Below, one piece after another: positions 32,029 through 41,434 of a stretch of 58,325 nt of DNA (positions are counted from its first letter, which is position 1; every line of letters starts with the position of its first letter). Origin of the DNA: Eubacteriaceae bacterium (GTDB lineage Bacteria > Bacillota > Clostridia > Eubacteriales > Anaerofustaceae); assembly GCA_012727485.1 (NCBI GenBank), contig JAAYHF010000169.1:1-58325 (forward strand). Reading direction: 5' to 3'. Position numbers and translations under genes: made by a program. The notes under the pieces are model-generated. The model ran no database searches. It was not told where the DNA came from and saw nothing but the letters and a program-made list of their open reading frames with translations.

Positions 32029-33096
32029 TTATTCCTGCGCTTCCATTTGCGCCGCCCTGTCGGAGGTGATGAGGGAATCAATCAATTCATCTATATCCCC
32101 CGCCAAAACTTCGTTTAATTTATAGAGGGTCAAATTGATGCGGTGGTCGGTTATTCTTCCCTGGGGGAAGTTGTAGGTGCGTATTCTTTCGCTTCTGTCC
32201 CCGCTTCCTATCTGGCTTTTCCTGTCGCTGGCGATGCTTTCCTGCTGTTTGCGGGTTTCTATTTCCAAAAGGCGGGATTTGAGTATTTTCATCGCCTTAT
32301 CTTTGTTTTTGAGCTGGGATTTTTCGTCTTGGCAGGAAACCACCAAGCCAGTGGGCAAATGGGTTATTCTCACCGCCGAGTCCGTGGTGTTCACGCTTTG
32401 CCCGCCGTTGCCCGTGGAGCGATAAACATCAATACGCAAATCGTTGGGGTTAATTTCCACCTCCACATCTTCCGCTTCGGGAAGCACCGCCACGGTGGCG
32501 GCGGAGGTATGAATTCTCCCGCTACTTTCCGTTTCGGGGACCCTTTGCACCCTGTGGGTGCCGCTTTCGTATTTCAATCTGGAATAGGCTCCCTTGCCTG
32601 TGAATTGGATAATTACTTCTTTATAGCCGCCTATGCCTATCTCGGTGGAGCTTAATATTTCGTTTTTGTATCTGCGGCGCTCCGCATATCTCAAATACAT
32701 TCTAAGCAGATCCCCGGCAAAAAGGGCGGCCTCATCTCCCCCCACCCCGGCTCTTATCTCCATGATGACATTTCGCTCGTCGTTGGGGTCCTTGGGGAGA
32801 AGCAATATCTTTATTTCTTCCTCCAATTCGGCAAGCTTTTCATTCAAGGAGGCAATGTCCTCATGGAGCATCTGCTTGAACTCCTCGTCCGGGCCTTCCT
32901 CCAACATGGCTTTGTTGTCCGTCAGCTCCTCGTTTAAGGCCTTATACTGCTCATATTTCTTGACAATATCCTCAAGAGAAGATATTTCCTTCATCGTTTT
33001 TGTATATAGATTTTGATCCTTTACCATATCCGGGTTCGCAAGGGATTCGGTAAGGCTGTCGTATTTGGTTTTGATTCCCGCAAGTTTTTCTAACAT
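32029..33096 (-). CDS. prfA: Peptide chain release factor 1
   Basis: I prefer the start at MLEKLAGIK (GGAGG 6 nt upstream). It has a GGQ motif (GNGGQSVN) and the RF1-type context [17 protein letters not shown]. No RF2-type frameshift site is present. Confidence 0.9.
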   Translation of the reverse strand: MLEKLAGIKTKYDSLTESLANPDMVKDQNLYTKTMKEISSLEDIVKKYEQYKALNEELTDNKAMLEEGPDEEFKQMLHEDIASLNEKLAELEEEIKILLLPKDPNDERNVIMEIRAGVGGDEAALFAGDLLRMYLRYAERRRYKNEILSSTEIGIGGYKEVIIQFTGKGAYSRLKYESGTHRVQRVPETESSGRIHTSAATVAVLPEAEDVEVEINPNDLRIDVYRSTGNGGQSVNTTDSAVRITHLPTGLVVSCQDEKSQLKNKDKAMKILKSRLLEIETRKQQESIASDRKSQIGSGDRSERIRTYNFPQGRITDHRINLTLYKLNEVLAGDIDELIDSLITSDRAAQMEAQE

Positions 33097-33149
33097 ATAA
33101 TCCTCCGAAGGGTTATTATAACCCATATATATGGGGTTTTGCAACCACT

Positions 33150-34106
33150 CTATTCGGTAATGGGGGTGTTTTTCAGCAAATAGCGCAAATCCCTGCCGGG
33201 CATATTTATCCCCTTGGTGACTGAAAAGATGCGGCTGGTGACCCTCTCGTCGTATATCTCGTTAATTTCCCTTACGGTCAAATTCGTGGAAAAAACTATG
33301 GGTTTCAGCGAGTTCATGCGCTCGTTCAGCACCTTATAAAGCATATTCTCCGAAAAATCCGTCTGCCTTTCCGTTCCCAGATCGTCAATAATCAGCAAAT
33401 CGCAACTAATCAGATTTTCATAGAAGGAATCGTCCGCTTCACCCACTGCGGACTTGGTAAGGGCGTCTATCATGCCGTAGCCGGTGACATATAAAACCGT
33501 CTTGCCTCGGTCGATTGCGGCCTTGGCGATGCAATGGGTAAGGAAGCTTTTGCCCGTTCCCGTTTTTCCCCTTATGAGCAAATTGGAATAATTCCTGTCA
33601 AATTCCTCCGCAAATTGCAGGCAGGTATTTCTAGCCCTGCGGGCAAGCTCGGCTTGATTGCCGTTTTCGTCATCGGGGGAGGCGGAAAAAACGCTTTCGT
33701 CGAAAGAATCGAAGTTTTCCCTTTTTATTATTTGGGAGATGCCCGATGCGGCATAACATTCATTAAGCACAAATTGGGCGAGGCAGGAACACATCTTTCC
33801 CTCGGAATATCCGCTGTCCGAGCATTTCGGGCATAGGGGGCGGTAATTCAGGCAGTCTTTCTCGTAACCCTTTTGGGCGAGCAGTCCTTCCAGCGCGGCG
33901 GTGAGCTTCTTTGCCGCGCTCTCCGTTTGCTCCGGGGGGATTCCCTTTTCCAGCGCCTTTGCCCAAAGGTTATTGAGTTCCTTCAGCGCGGCGGCTATAT
34001 CGGGATTTTCCCTGATGATTTTCCTTCTTTTATTCTCAAAGTCGATTTTTCTCTCCCCTGCCTTAAGGTCGTATTTACGCTTGGCGTCGCCTATCATTCC
34101 CATCAT
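33150..34106 (-). CDS. DnaI/DnaC-type replicative helicase loader (AAA+)
   Basis: It has an N-terminal Cys cluster (CPKCSDSGY...CSC), Walker [11 protein letters not shown] and Walker B LLIIDDLG. Confidence 0.75.
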   Translation of the reverse strand: MMGMIGDAKRKYDLKAGERKIDFENKRRKIIRENPDIAAALKELNNLWAKALEKGIPPEQTESAAKKLTAALEGLLAQKGYEKDCLNYRPLCPKCSDSGYSEGKMCSCLAQFVLNECYAASGISQIIKRENFDSFDESVFSASPDDENGNQAELARRARNTCLQFAEEFDRNYSNLLIRGKTGTGKSFLTHCIAKAAIDRGKTVLYVTGYGMIDALTKSAVGEADDSFYENLISCDLLIIDDLGTERQTDFSENMLYKVLNERMNSLKPIVFSTNLTVREINEIYDERVTSRIFSVTKGINMPGRDLRYLLKNTPITE

Positions 34107-35044
34107 TCATCTCCGAAAAGAGCTTTTTCCACCGCTTCCACATCGTAGTTCTGCCTGTCCTTGATTTTCTCCCGGGTTTTCTTCGATGGGGTTGCGGCGG
34201 GGGTATTTTCTCCGTTGTGCCAAGCGGTGAGTATTTTATCCACATAGGAAAGATTCGGCTTGGTTATCTTCACCGTTTCATCGCAGGCCTTTTTTATGGT
34301 TTCCATATCCATTTTATATTCTTCGAACCATTTATCCATTATTTTACGCATCGGGTCGGAGGGAAGGGTGTATATTCCCAAATAATTAAGCACTTCCTTG
34401 TTGCGCTTGTTGCCCGCATCCCTTTTTGCTATGTATTCGCTGAGCTGGTCATAGGTGGATATGCCGTTGTCGTAGTAGACAAGGGCCATCGCATCCCAAT
34501 AGTTGATCGTGCGTTTATCCCGATTAAGGCAATCCTCTATCATCAAAACCACCGTCTGCGGGGTAAGCGAATAATCCTCTATCCAGCTTAGGATAATATC
34601 CTGCTCGTTGGGGGAGATGGGCCTTGCTATCCTGCTCTCTATTTCCCCGAACATTTCCGTGTATTTGCGAGAGGCACGCTTTTTTGCCGTCTTTCTCGGG
34701 GTCAGACTGCCTCCTGCGAAAAGGGCTTCCGACAAAGAAAGGTATTCCACATCTCTGCCCTTGCTTTGCTCATCTAAATATATCACTCCCACCCCTGCCC
34801 AATATTCCCAAGCCTTTGCCACATCTTCTTCGGTTATCTTCAGCGCTTCGGCTATTTGAGAGTCGTTGGGGGAAGCTCCTAAGGCATAACAGCACTTTAA
34901 CCCATACAAATACACCTTCACATAATCCCCCCTGGCGGCGGGCATATAGTGATTGATGAAAGCATTTTCCACCGCGGTAATCCCCATATCTTCGATATGG
35001 GAGAGGTGTTTGAATCGGCTCATTACTATAACCATTCCTTTCAA
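34103..35044 (-). CDS. DnaD-domain replication initiation protein (DnaB/DnaD family)
   Basis: 313 aa with DnaD-like repeats. It overlaps the loader gene as ATGA. The exact start is uncertain (TTG 35044, ATG 35035 or ATG 35023). Confidence 0.65.
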   Translation of the reverse strand: MKGMVIVMSRFKHLSHIEDMGITAVENAFINHYMPAARGDYVKVYLYGLKCCYALGASPNDSQIAEALKITEEDVAKAWEYWAGVGVIYLDEQSKGRDVEYLSLSEALFAGGSLTPRKTAKKRASRKYTEMFGEIESRIARPISPNEQDIILSWIEDYSLTPQTVVLMIEDCLNRDKRTINYWDAMALVYYDNGISTYDQLSEYIAKRDAGNKRNKEVLNYLGIYTLPSDPMRKIMDKWFEEYKMDMETIKKACDETVKITKPNLSYVDKILTAWHNGENTPAATPSKKTREKIKDRQNYDVEAVEKALFGDE

Positions 35045-35251
35045 TATATCCGTGAAGCGAAAAGCCGAAATTCGGCAGGAGCGAAAATTGCGGGATATTT
35101 TTGCCGTATCCCTTGAATGTTTTCGCCTTTATAAGGGTTTATAACCCTTTTTAACTTTCGATACTTTCTTTAGATAAAAAAGTACCTGTCTATTATAGCA
35201 TATCCGAAAGCTTTGTTGTAAAATAAAAACAATTCGCAACGGGAGATTGCA

Positions 35252-36211
35252 ATGTTTGTCAAAGAAATGAAAAACGGGGATCTGTTGGAAAAACATATCC
35301 TGCTCATAAAAAGATTCGATATAAAAACCACCAAGGCCGGAGGCGTTTACGCGGATATTCTTTTTTCGGATAAAACCGGGGAGATAACCGCCAAATATTG
35401 GGATATTCCCGAAAAGGTCCGGGAAGCCTTCAAGGTCGGGGACATAGCGGAGCTTTCGGGGAATGTGGCCAATTACAGGGAAAATCCACAGATAATCGTG
35501 AAAACAATGGACACCGCCCCCGCCGATGCGGATAGTCTGGCGGACTTGGTGGAAAGCGCTCCCTATTCCTCCGAGAGAATGTACAATAAGATAATCGAAG
35601 TGATAAACTCCGTTAAAAACGACGACATCAGGAATATCACCCTGACTATCCTCGAGGAAAACAAGGAAAAGCTTCTTTATTATCCGGCGGCTAAAAGCTT
35701 CCACCATGCCATAAGAAGCGGCCTTTTATATCACACCTATACCATGATGAGAACCGCCAGCGCCTTGAGCGAAGTATACGATTTTTTGAATAAGGATTTG
35801 CTCTTTGCGGGGGTCGCCCTCCACGACATAGGCAAGATAAAGGAAATCACAGGGGAGCAAACGGGGGTCGCCCGGGAATATTCCGCCGAGGGCAAGCTTT
35901 TGGGACACATAACCATTTCGGTCTGCATGATAGACGAAACGGGCAAAAAATTGAACTGCGATCCGGAGATAATTATGCTGCTCAAGCACATGGTTCTTTC
36001 CCATCATTTTTATCCGGAATACGGAAGCCCCATTTCCCCGATGTTCGCAGAGGCGGAAATTCTGCACCATATAGATGTTTTGGACGCGAGAATGGATCAA
36101 TTCAGAAAAACCACCGAGGCCACCCCTCAAAAGGATTTTTCCGAAAAGGTATGGATTTTGGACAAACGCAGTGTATATAATCACGCATTAGGAGAGGAAG
36201 AAAACAAATGA
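35252..36211 (+). CDS. yhaM: 3'-5' exoribonuclease YhaM-like (OB fold plus HD domain)
   Basis: It has an N-terminal OB fold and an HD domain (ALHDIGK...HH). Confidence 0.75.
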   Translation: MFVKEMKNGDLLEKHILLIKRFDIKTTKAGGVYADILFSDKTGEITAKYWDIPEKVREAFKVGDIAELSGNVANYRENPQIIVKTMDTAPADADSLADLVESAPYSSERMYNKIIEVINSVKNDDIRNITLTILEENKEKLLYYPAAKSFHHAIRSGLLYHTYTMMRTASALSEVYDFLNKDLLFAGVALHDIGKIKEITGEQTGVAREYSAEGKLLGHITISVCMIDETGKKLNCDPEIIMLLKHMVLSHHFYPEYGSPISPMFAEAEILHHIDVLDARMDQFRKTTEATPQKDFSEKVWILDKRSVYNHALGEEENK

Positions 36212-36729
36212 AAGACGCAAATTCGATACTGCAATATGTTATGGTGTTCTTAATGGCCCTGGGCGCCGCCTTTAACTTGGGCGCTTCGATAACAAAAAGA
36301 AAGAATCTCGGTTCTCTGGTGCGCCGCACCATGAGCGCCTGGAGATTCGCGGACAAGACACAGCTTTTCCTAGCGGGAGGCGTTTGTATTCTCTGGACTC
36401 CCACCTTTTTCTTGAAGGATATGACCAACCAAATGAAGGGGCTTTTCGTGATACTCTTTGTCGTGGCCATTGCCTATCTTTTGGCGGCGGTTTTGAATTT
36501 GCTTGTCACCCCCGGATTTTACGAAAAGGGGATTTCCACCGGCTCGGGTATACTCCTTTACAGGGAGATAAGGGGCTATTCCCAGGGGCATTATGCCTCT
36601 GACGAGACCCTGAAGGTTTTCTATTTTAACCCCAACAGAAGCGGAAAAAGCTCCCTCAGGCTGGTCGTGCATCAGGAGGAGGAGAAGGAAGCCAAGGGGA
36701 TACTTAAGAAGAAGTGCAGTTTTAAATAG
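36208..36729 (+). CDS. Hypothetical membrane protein (3 TM plus a soluble C-terminal domain)
   Basis: It overlaps yhaM as ATGA and has hydrophobic segments, but no motif that I recognise. Confidence 0.55.
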   Translation: MKDANSILQYVMVFLMALGAAFNLGASITKRKNLGSLVRRTMSAWRFADKTQLFLAGGVCILWTPTFFLKDMTNQMKGLFVILFVVAIAYLLAAVLNLLVTPGFYEKGISTGSGILLYREIRGYSQGHYASDETLKVFYFNPNRSGKSSLRLVVHQEEEKEAKGILKKKCSFK

Positions 36730-36756
36730 TAAGGTTTTGGATTTGTATAATAAAAC

Positions 36757-36786
36757 AAAAAGAGGCGGGGGCGCCTCTTTTTGTTT
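36757..36786 (+). terminator. Intrinsic terminator
   Basis: The stem AGAGGCG-GGGG-CGCCTCT is followed by TTTTGTTT. Confidence 0.8.
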
Positions 36787-37080
36787 ATGGGATTTGTTTC
36801 AAAGAAAGGCTCGCAGTTGGGGAAACGGAAAAGGCGGGAAAGGTGGTAGGCTTTTATTGTTGTAGCTTTAAAGGGAATACCTTATTGAAGGTGTTTTGCT
36901 TTTGCTGTTTTCTTTTGTATGGTTTTTTTATGGCAATATATTGCCTTCGGCTTATATTGCTTGGGGGAATTGGGAGGTCTTTTATATGAATAGTATAATC
37001 AGTAATCTTTCTTTCGTTGAGTGTATCCTTTTTTATAAATAATGAAAAATGAATATTGAAAAAGCCACAGTAAACTGTAC

Positions 37081-37105
37081 AAAAGCACAGTTTCACTGTG
37101 CTTTT
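37081..37105 (-). terminator. Hairpin terminator downstream of tRNA-Ser
   Basis: The stem AAAAGCACAGT-GAA-ACTGTGCTTTT is symmetric with runs on both sides. Confidence 0.6.
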
Positions 37106-37189
37106 ATGAATAATACGAAAACGCTCGGGGGGTATCCTTGCGTTTTGCGTTCCATCGGTATTCATTTTGATGTGAGTTTGTGTTTCCGG

Positions 37190-37278
37190 CGGAGAAGGAG
37201 GGATTTGAACCCTCGCACCGGTATTAGCGGTCTACACCCTTAGCAGGGGCGCCTCTTCGGCCACTTGAGTACTTCTCC
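37190..37278 (-). tRNA. tRNA-Ser (anticodon GCU)
   Basis: The reverse complement is GGAGAAGTACTCAAGTGGCCGAAGAGGCGCCCCTGCTAAGGGTGTAGACCGCTAATACCGGTGCGAGGGTTCAAATCCCTCCTTCTCCG. It shows a 7-bp acceptor stem, anticodon stem CGCCC/GGGTG with loop CTGCTAA, a long variable arm and a T-loop TTCAAAT. No CCA is encoded. Confidence 0.9.
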
Positions 37279-37294
37279 GAATTGAAATAAATAG

Positions 37295-37954
<660 letters not shown>

Positions 37955-38069
37955 GAAAGACCATAAAAGCGCCGCACAATTCGCAGTAAAGCTATAAAGG
38001 CATCGTTGATGTTTTTTTCCAATGGGTTTCCCCCGAGAAAAATTTTAGCAAGGCAATTTTCACCGTATG

Positions 38070-38126
38070 AAAAACAAAAACAGGCGTGAAATCGCAAAGG
38101 AGTTTACCGTTACGATTTCACGCCTG
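38070..38126 (-). terminator. Strong intrinsic terminator closing the vWA-LRR-AAA operon
   Basis: A perfect 14-bp stem CAGGCGTGAAATCG/CGATTTCACGCCTG (38081-38094 / 38113-38126) is followed by TTTTTGTTTTT on the minus strand. Confidence 0.85.
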
Positions 38127-38186
38127 CGGATTTGATGTTTAAAGCCCATGGTCGGCGCTTATCTATTCGCTTTTGTGCGGTATATT

Positions 38187-39704
38187 CTATAATTCCCCCA
38201 ACTGCTCGATCTCGGAATTGAGGGCTATCTGCCTTTCGAAAAAGAGCAGTTCCTTATTATGTTTCGAATAACCCTCACAGCCGTAGGAGGCGATGAAAAC
38301 GGCAGTATGGGGGTTTGCCGTGAGTTCCGCCACCGCCACCAACATTTCCTGCCCGTCCCCGAACACTTCCTCCAAGAATTTGAACATATTATCCATCTTG
38401 CCGCCGATGTTTAAGATAAGCTCGTCCTTTTCGGCGGTCTTTTTCGAGAAGGCTTCTTTTATCATCTCAAAACCTTCCCTGCCCGCGGGATTTCCCGCCA
38501 GTGTGAGATTTTTGCGGCATTCGTCAAGGAAAGCGGCGGCGGTGTTGATTATAAAGCCGTCGTCCTTGGTCAGTATACCCGCCTTGCCGAGGGCGACCGT
38601 CTTTTCCGCAAGGGCTTCCCTCGCCTCCTCCAACAGCGCCGCCCCGTAGGTTTCCTCTGAGGAGATGAGCTTTTCCTTTATTGAGAGCAAAATGGGATAG
38701 ATGCGGGAAAGCACATCTTTTTGAAGGGTGAGGGAACGGCAAAGGGAGGAGACCTCATCTATAAGCAGACCCAAAAGGGAGAGCCTTTCCGTGAATTTCG
38801 CGCGACGCACGGAATTTTTCACCGCAAGGTCTGCCTTGCCGGCGAGTATCTCATCGGTTTTATAGTCCTCGGCGTATTTTTTATACAGGTCGTAATAAAC
38901 CGAGAAATCCTTCGCCACCTTGTTATTTTGAATATATTGGCTGACTAAATCGTAGTTCACGGGAATGTTCAGCTTTTCATAAAGCTTTATCATATCCGAC
39001 AGATCCTCCCAGCCCCTGGCGGTGACAAAGCTCTTGCCCTCGGGGGTGACCTCAAAATAATAGAAATCGGATTTTCTCACGTCCAAATAAGCCATAACAG
39101 AGCCGTGGACCGCCTTTTCATAGGCATACTCCTTCCAAACGGAAAGATCGGCTTCGACCTGCACGACCTTTAACCTATCCAAGGTCACAATGTCGAATTC
39201 CCTCACCGAATCGTTGTATTCCGGGGGATTTCCCGCCGTCACCACCACCCAACCCTCGGGAACGCTGTGCCTGCCGAACACCTTATATTGCAAAAATTGG
39301 AGCATTGCCGGGGCGAGGGTTTCGGAAACGCAGTTTATCTCGTCAAGGAAAAGAATTCCTTCCTTTATCCCCGTTTCCTCCATGGTTTCATAAACCGTCG
39401 AGATAATCTCGCTCATGGTGTATTCGGATACGGCATATTGCCTGCCCGCGAAATTCTTTTGGACGATATAGGGCAGGCCGATGGCGCTTTGGCGGGTATG
39501 GTGGGTCATGGAATAGCTCACCAACCCTATCCCCATTTTATTGGCTATCTGCCTGATTATGGCTGTTTTGCCTATCCCCGAAGGGCCTATTATGAAAAGC
39601 GGCCTTTGCTTTTCCGCAGGTATCACATAGGTGCCGTATTCGTCTTTTTGCAGGTAAGCCCTTATCGCGTTTTCAACCTGCTGTTTCGCTTGTTTTATAT
39701 TCAT
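38187..39704 (-). CDS. AAA_5/MoxR-like ATPase with a roughly 300-aa C-terminal extension
   Basis: It has Walker A GPSGIGKT, Walker B ILFLDEIN and the VVTAGNPPEY segment. Residues from about 210 to 505 are helical-looking without motifs I recognise. Confidence 0.75.
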   Translation of the reverse strand: MNIKQAKQQVENAIRAYLQKDEYGTYVIPAEKQRPLFIIGPSGIGKTAIIRQIANKMGIGLVSYSMTHHTRQSAIGLPYIVQKNFAGRQYAVSEYTMSEIISTVYETMEETGIKEGILFLDEINCVSETLAPAMLQFLQYKVFGRHSVPEGWVVVTAGNPPEYNDSVREFDIVTLDRLKVVQVEADLSVWKEYAYEKAVHGSVMAYLDVRKSDFYYFEVTPEGKSFVTARGWEDLSDMIKLYEKLNIPVNYDLVSQYIQNNKVAKDFSVYYDLYKKYAEDYKTDEILAGKADLAVKNSVRRAKFTERLSLLGLLIDEVSSLCRSLTLQKDVLSRIYPILLSIKEKLISSEETYGAALLEEAREALAEKTVALGKAGILTKDDGFIINTAAAFLDECRKNLTLAGNPAGREGFEMIKEAFSKKTAEKDELILNIGGKMDNMFKFLEEVFGDGQEMLVAVAELTANPHTAVFIASYGCEGYSKHNKELLFFERQIALNSEIEQLGEL

Positions 39705-39784
39705 CTGTTGAGATTTCCTTTCCGCTTATCCTTAAAACCTTTCGGTTCTTATTTAAAACGCCTCATATTAAAAATACTTTTTAT

Positions 39785-41434
39785 TTAAAGTTCCATATTT
39801 CTTATCGTCGATATGCGATAGGCCTTTAACACATCGTTTAGCCTATATCTGGACTTTTGCCTCGGATTTACTATATTGACCACCACTCCCTTAATGCCCG
39901 CCAGCTTCCCGTTTACCTCGACGCACTCCCCCAAATTCAACTTCATGGAGCTGTTGCATTTAACCGTCATAAGGTTATCGAATAAAACCAACACACAGCA
40001 TTTGCCCGGGGTGGTTATCTCGTCCATAGCTTCATATATCTCGCTGTTTTTCTTCACATATTTAAGCAACACAGCCAAGGCCCGGGGGGAAGAATAACCG
40101 GCGCATCTGCCCACATAATCGGCGGGGTCTATCAAAAGGAGCTTATCCGTACAAAGCGAAGATACAATTTGTGCGTTGTCCGAATAAACGGCATACCTCA
40201 TCAGGGCGTCCTCGCAATACTTTGCGGAATTCGCCGTGAGATAACCCCTTCTTTCCAACATATCCGCCAAAATGAGCTTTTTGACCTCGGCCTGCTCGAA
40301 GGTGTAAAGGTTCTCCGTAAGGGCGTTGAAATCATACTTCGCCTGTTTGGTGAAATCGAGAAAGGAGAGCATATTCACATCGTGAATGGCTATCACATCA
40401 CCGTCGGCCATGACGATCTCCTTGGGACAGCATTTATCGAAGGCTGTGGGGGAAAGGCGTTTGAGGTTGGCGGGAATATTCAGGGATTTCAGATTCACAC
40501 ATTCCCTGAAGGCATATTCGCCTATTCGCTTCACGCTTTCCGGGAGAGTAACTTTGTAAAGGCTATCACAGCCCGCAAAGGCCTCCTCCCCTATCTCCGT
40601 AACCCCCTCGGGCAGTTCGTAATAGGCGGCGGCTCCGTAGTAAGAATAGGCTATTCCCTTTACGCAAACTAAGCCCCCCTCGTCCCTCAGACCGATGCAG
40701 TCCTTAAAGGCCATTGTCCCTATCTTACAGCCCTCAGGGGGGAGCAGGGCGTTTTTAAGGGAAATACAACCCGCAAAAGCCTTGGCTCCGATCTCCGTTT
40801 CGCTGTCGGTTATTGCTATCGAACTGAGGCCCACGCAGTCGTAAAAGGCTTCCTGTCCTATAAAAACCATACCCTCCGGGAAATTCATCTCCTCCAATTT
40901 CCTACAGCCGGAAAAACACTCCGCCCCCAATTTGCATATACCCCGGGGCAAAGAGGCGGCAATAAGGGAAGAACAGTTATAAAAGGATCTTTCCGGGAGG
41001 GTGTCGAGCTGATCGCAATTTATCATCGCCACAGTCAGCCCCTTGCAACTTTCAAAGGCGCTTTTTCCCATTTCCTTTAAGCTTTTCGGCAGGGTGATGT
41101 TTCTGATCGCGCGGCAGCCGTAAAAGGCGAAGGCTCCCAAAACCTCCAAATGGCGGGGAATGTTCACTTCCCGCAGGGAGCGGCAACCGTTGAAGGCGTC
41201 CTTTCCTATGGATGTGACATAGCCCCAGCTCGAAACCCTCTCCAAATTCTCGCAACCGGAAAAAGCCCCCTCCCCGATTATCCGCACGCTCTTGCTCATG
41301 CTCACCGAGGTGATGAATTTATTGCGCTTAAAGGCCTCCGTCGCTATCCCCATGACCCCCGGGGGTATTTCCACATTGGGGCTGTTGCCGTTATAGCTTA
41401 ATACCACTGAGTTTTCTATGACAAGCTCGCTCAT
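39785..41434 (-). CDS. Leucine-rich-repeat (BspA-type LRR_5) protein without signal peptide, plus a roughly 215-aa C-terminal domain of unknown function
   Basis: There are 13 tandem repeats of about 23 aa with the core AF-x-x-C-x-x-L (e.g. GEGAFSGCENL, GKDAFNGCRSL, GEEAFAGCDSL). The N-terminus MSELVIENSVV is not hydrophobic. The start overlaps the upstream stop as ATGA. Confidence 0.8.
   Translation of the reverse strand: MSELVIENSVVLSYNGNSPNVEIPPGVMGIATEAFKRNKFITSVSMSKSVRIIGEGAFSGCENLERVSSWGYVTSIGKDAFNGCRSLREVNIPRHLEVLGAFAFYGCRAIRNITLPKSLKEMGKSAFESCKGLTVAMINCDQLDTLPERSFYNCSSLIAASLPRGICKLGAECFSGCRKLEEMNFPEGMVFIGQEAFYDCVGLSSIAITDSETEIGAKAFAGCISLKNALLPPEGCKIGTMAFKDCIGLRDEGGLVCVKGIAYSYYGAAAYYELPEGVTEIGEEAFAGCDSLYKVTLPESVKRIGEYAFRECVNLKSLNIPANLKRLSPTAFDKCCPKEIVMADGDVIAIHDVNMLSFLDFTKQAKYDFNALTENLYTFEQAEVKKLILADMLERRGYLTANSAKYCEDALMRYAVYSDNAQIVSSLCTDKLLLIDPADYVGRCAGYSSPRALAVLLKYVKKNSEIYEAMDEITTPGKCCVLVLFDNLMTVKCNSSMKLNLGECVEVNGKLAGIKGVVVNIVNPRQKSRYRLNDVLKAYRISTIRNMEL

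Noticed and set aside
32029-33144. Possible programmed +1 frameshift as in prfB, and the longer ORF start at 33144
   Set aside because: The protein is RF1-type (PxT context, no SPF motif) and is encoded in a single frame. The 16 extra N-terminal codons lack an RBS, whereas ATG 33096 has GGAGG 6 nt upstream.
37049-37243. 64-aa plus-strand ORF
   Set aside because: It runs through a terminator hairpin and into the antisense of tRNA-Ser, and its sequence is not protein-like.
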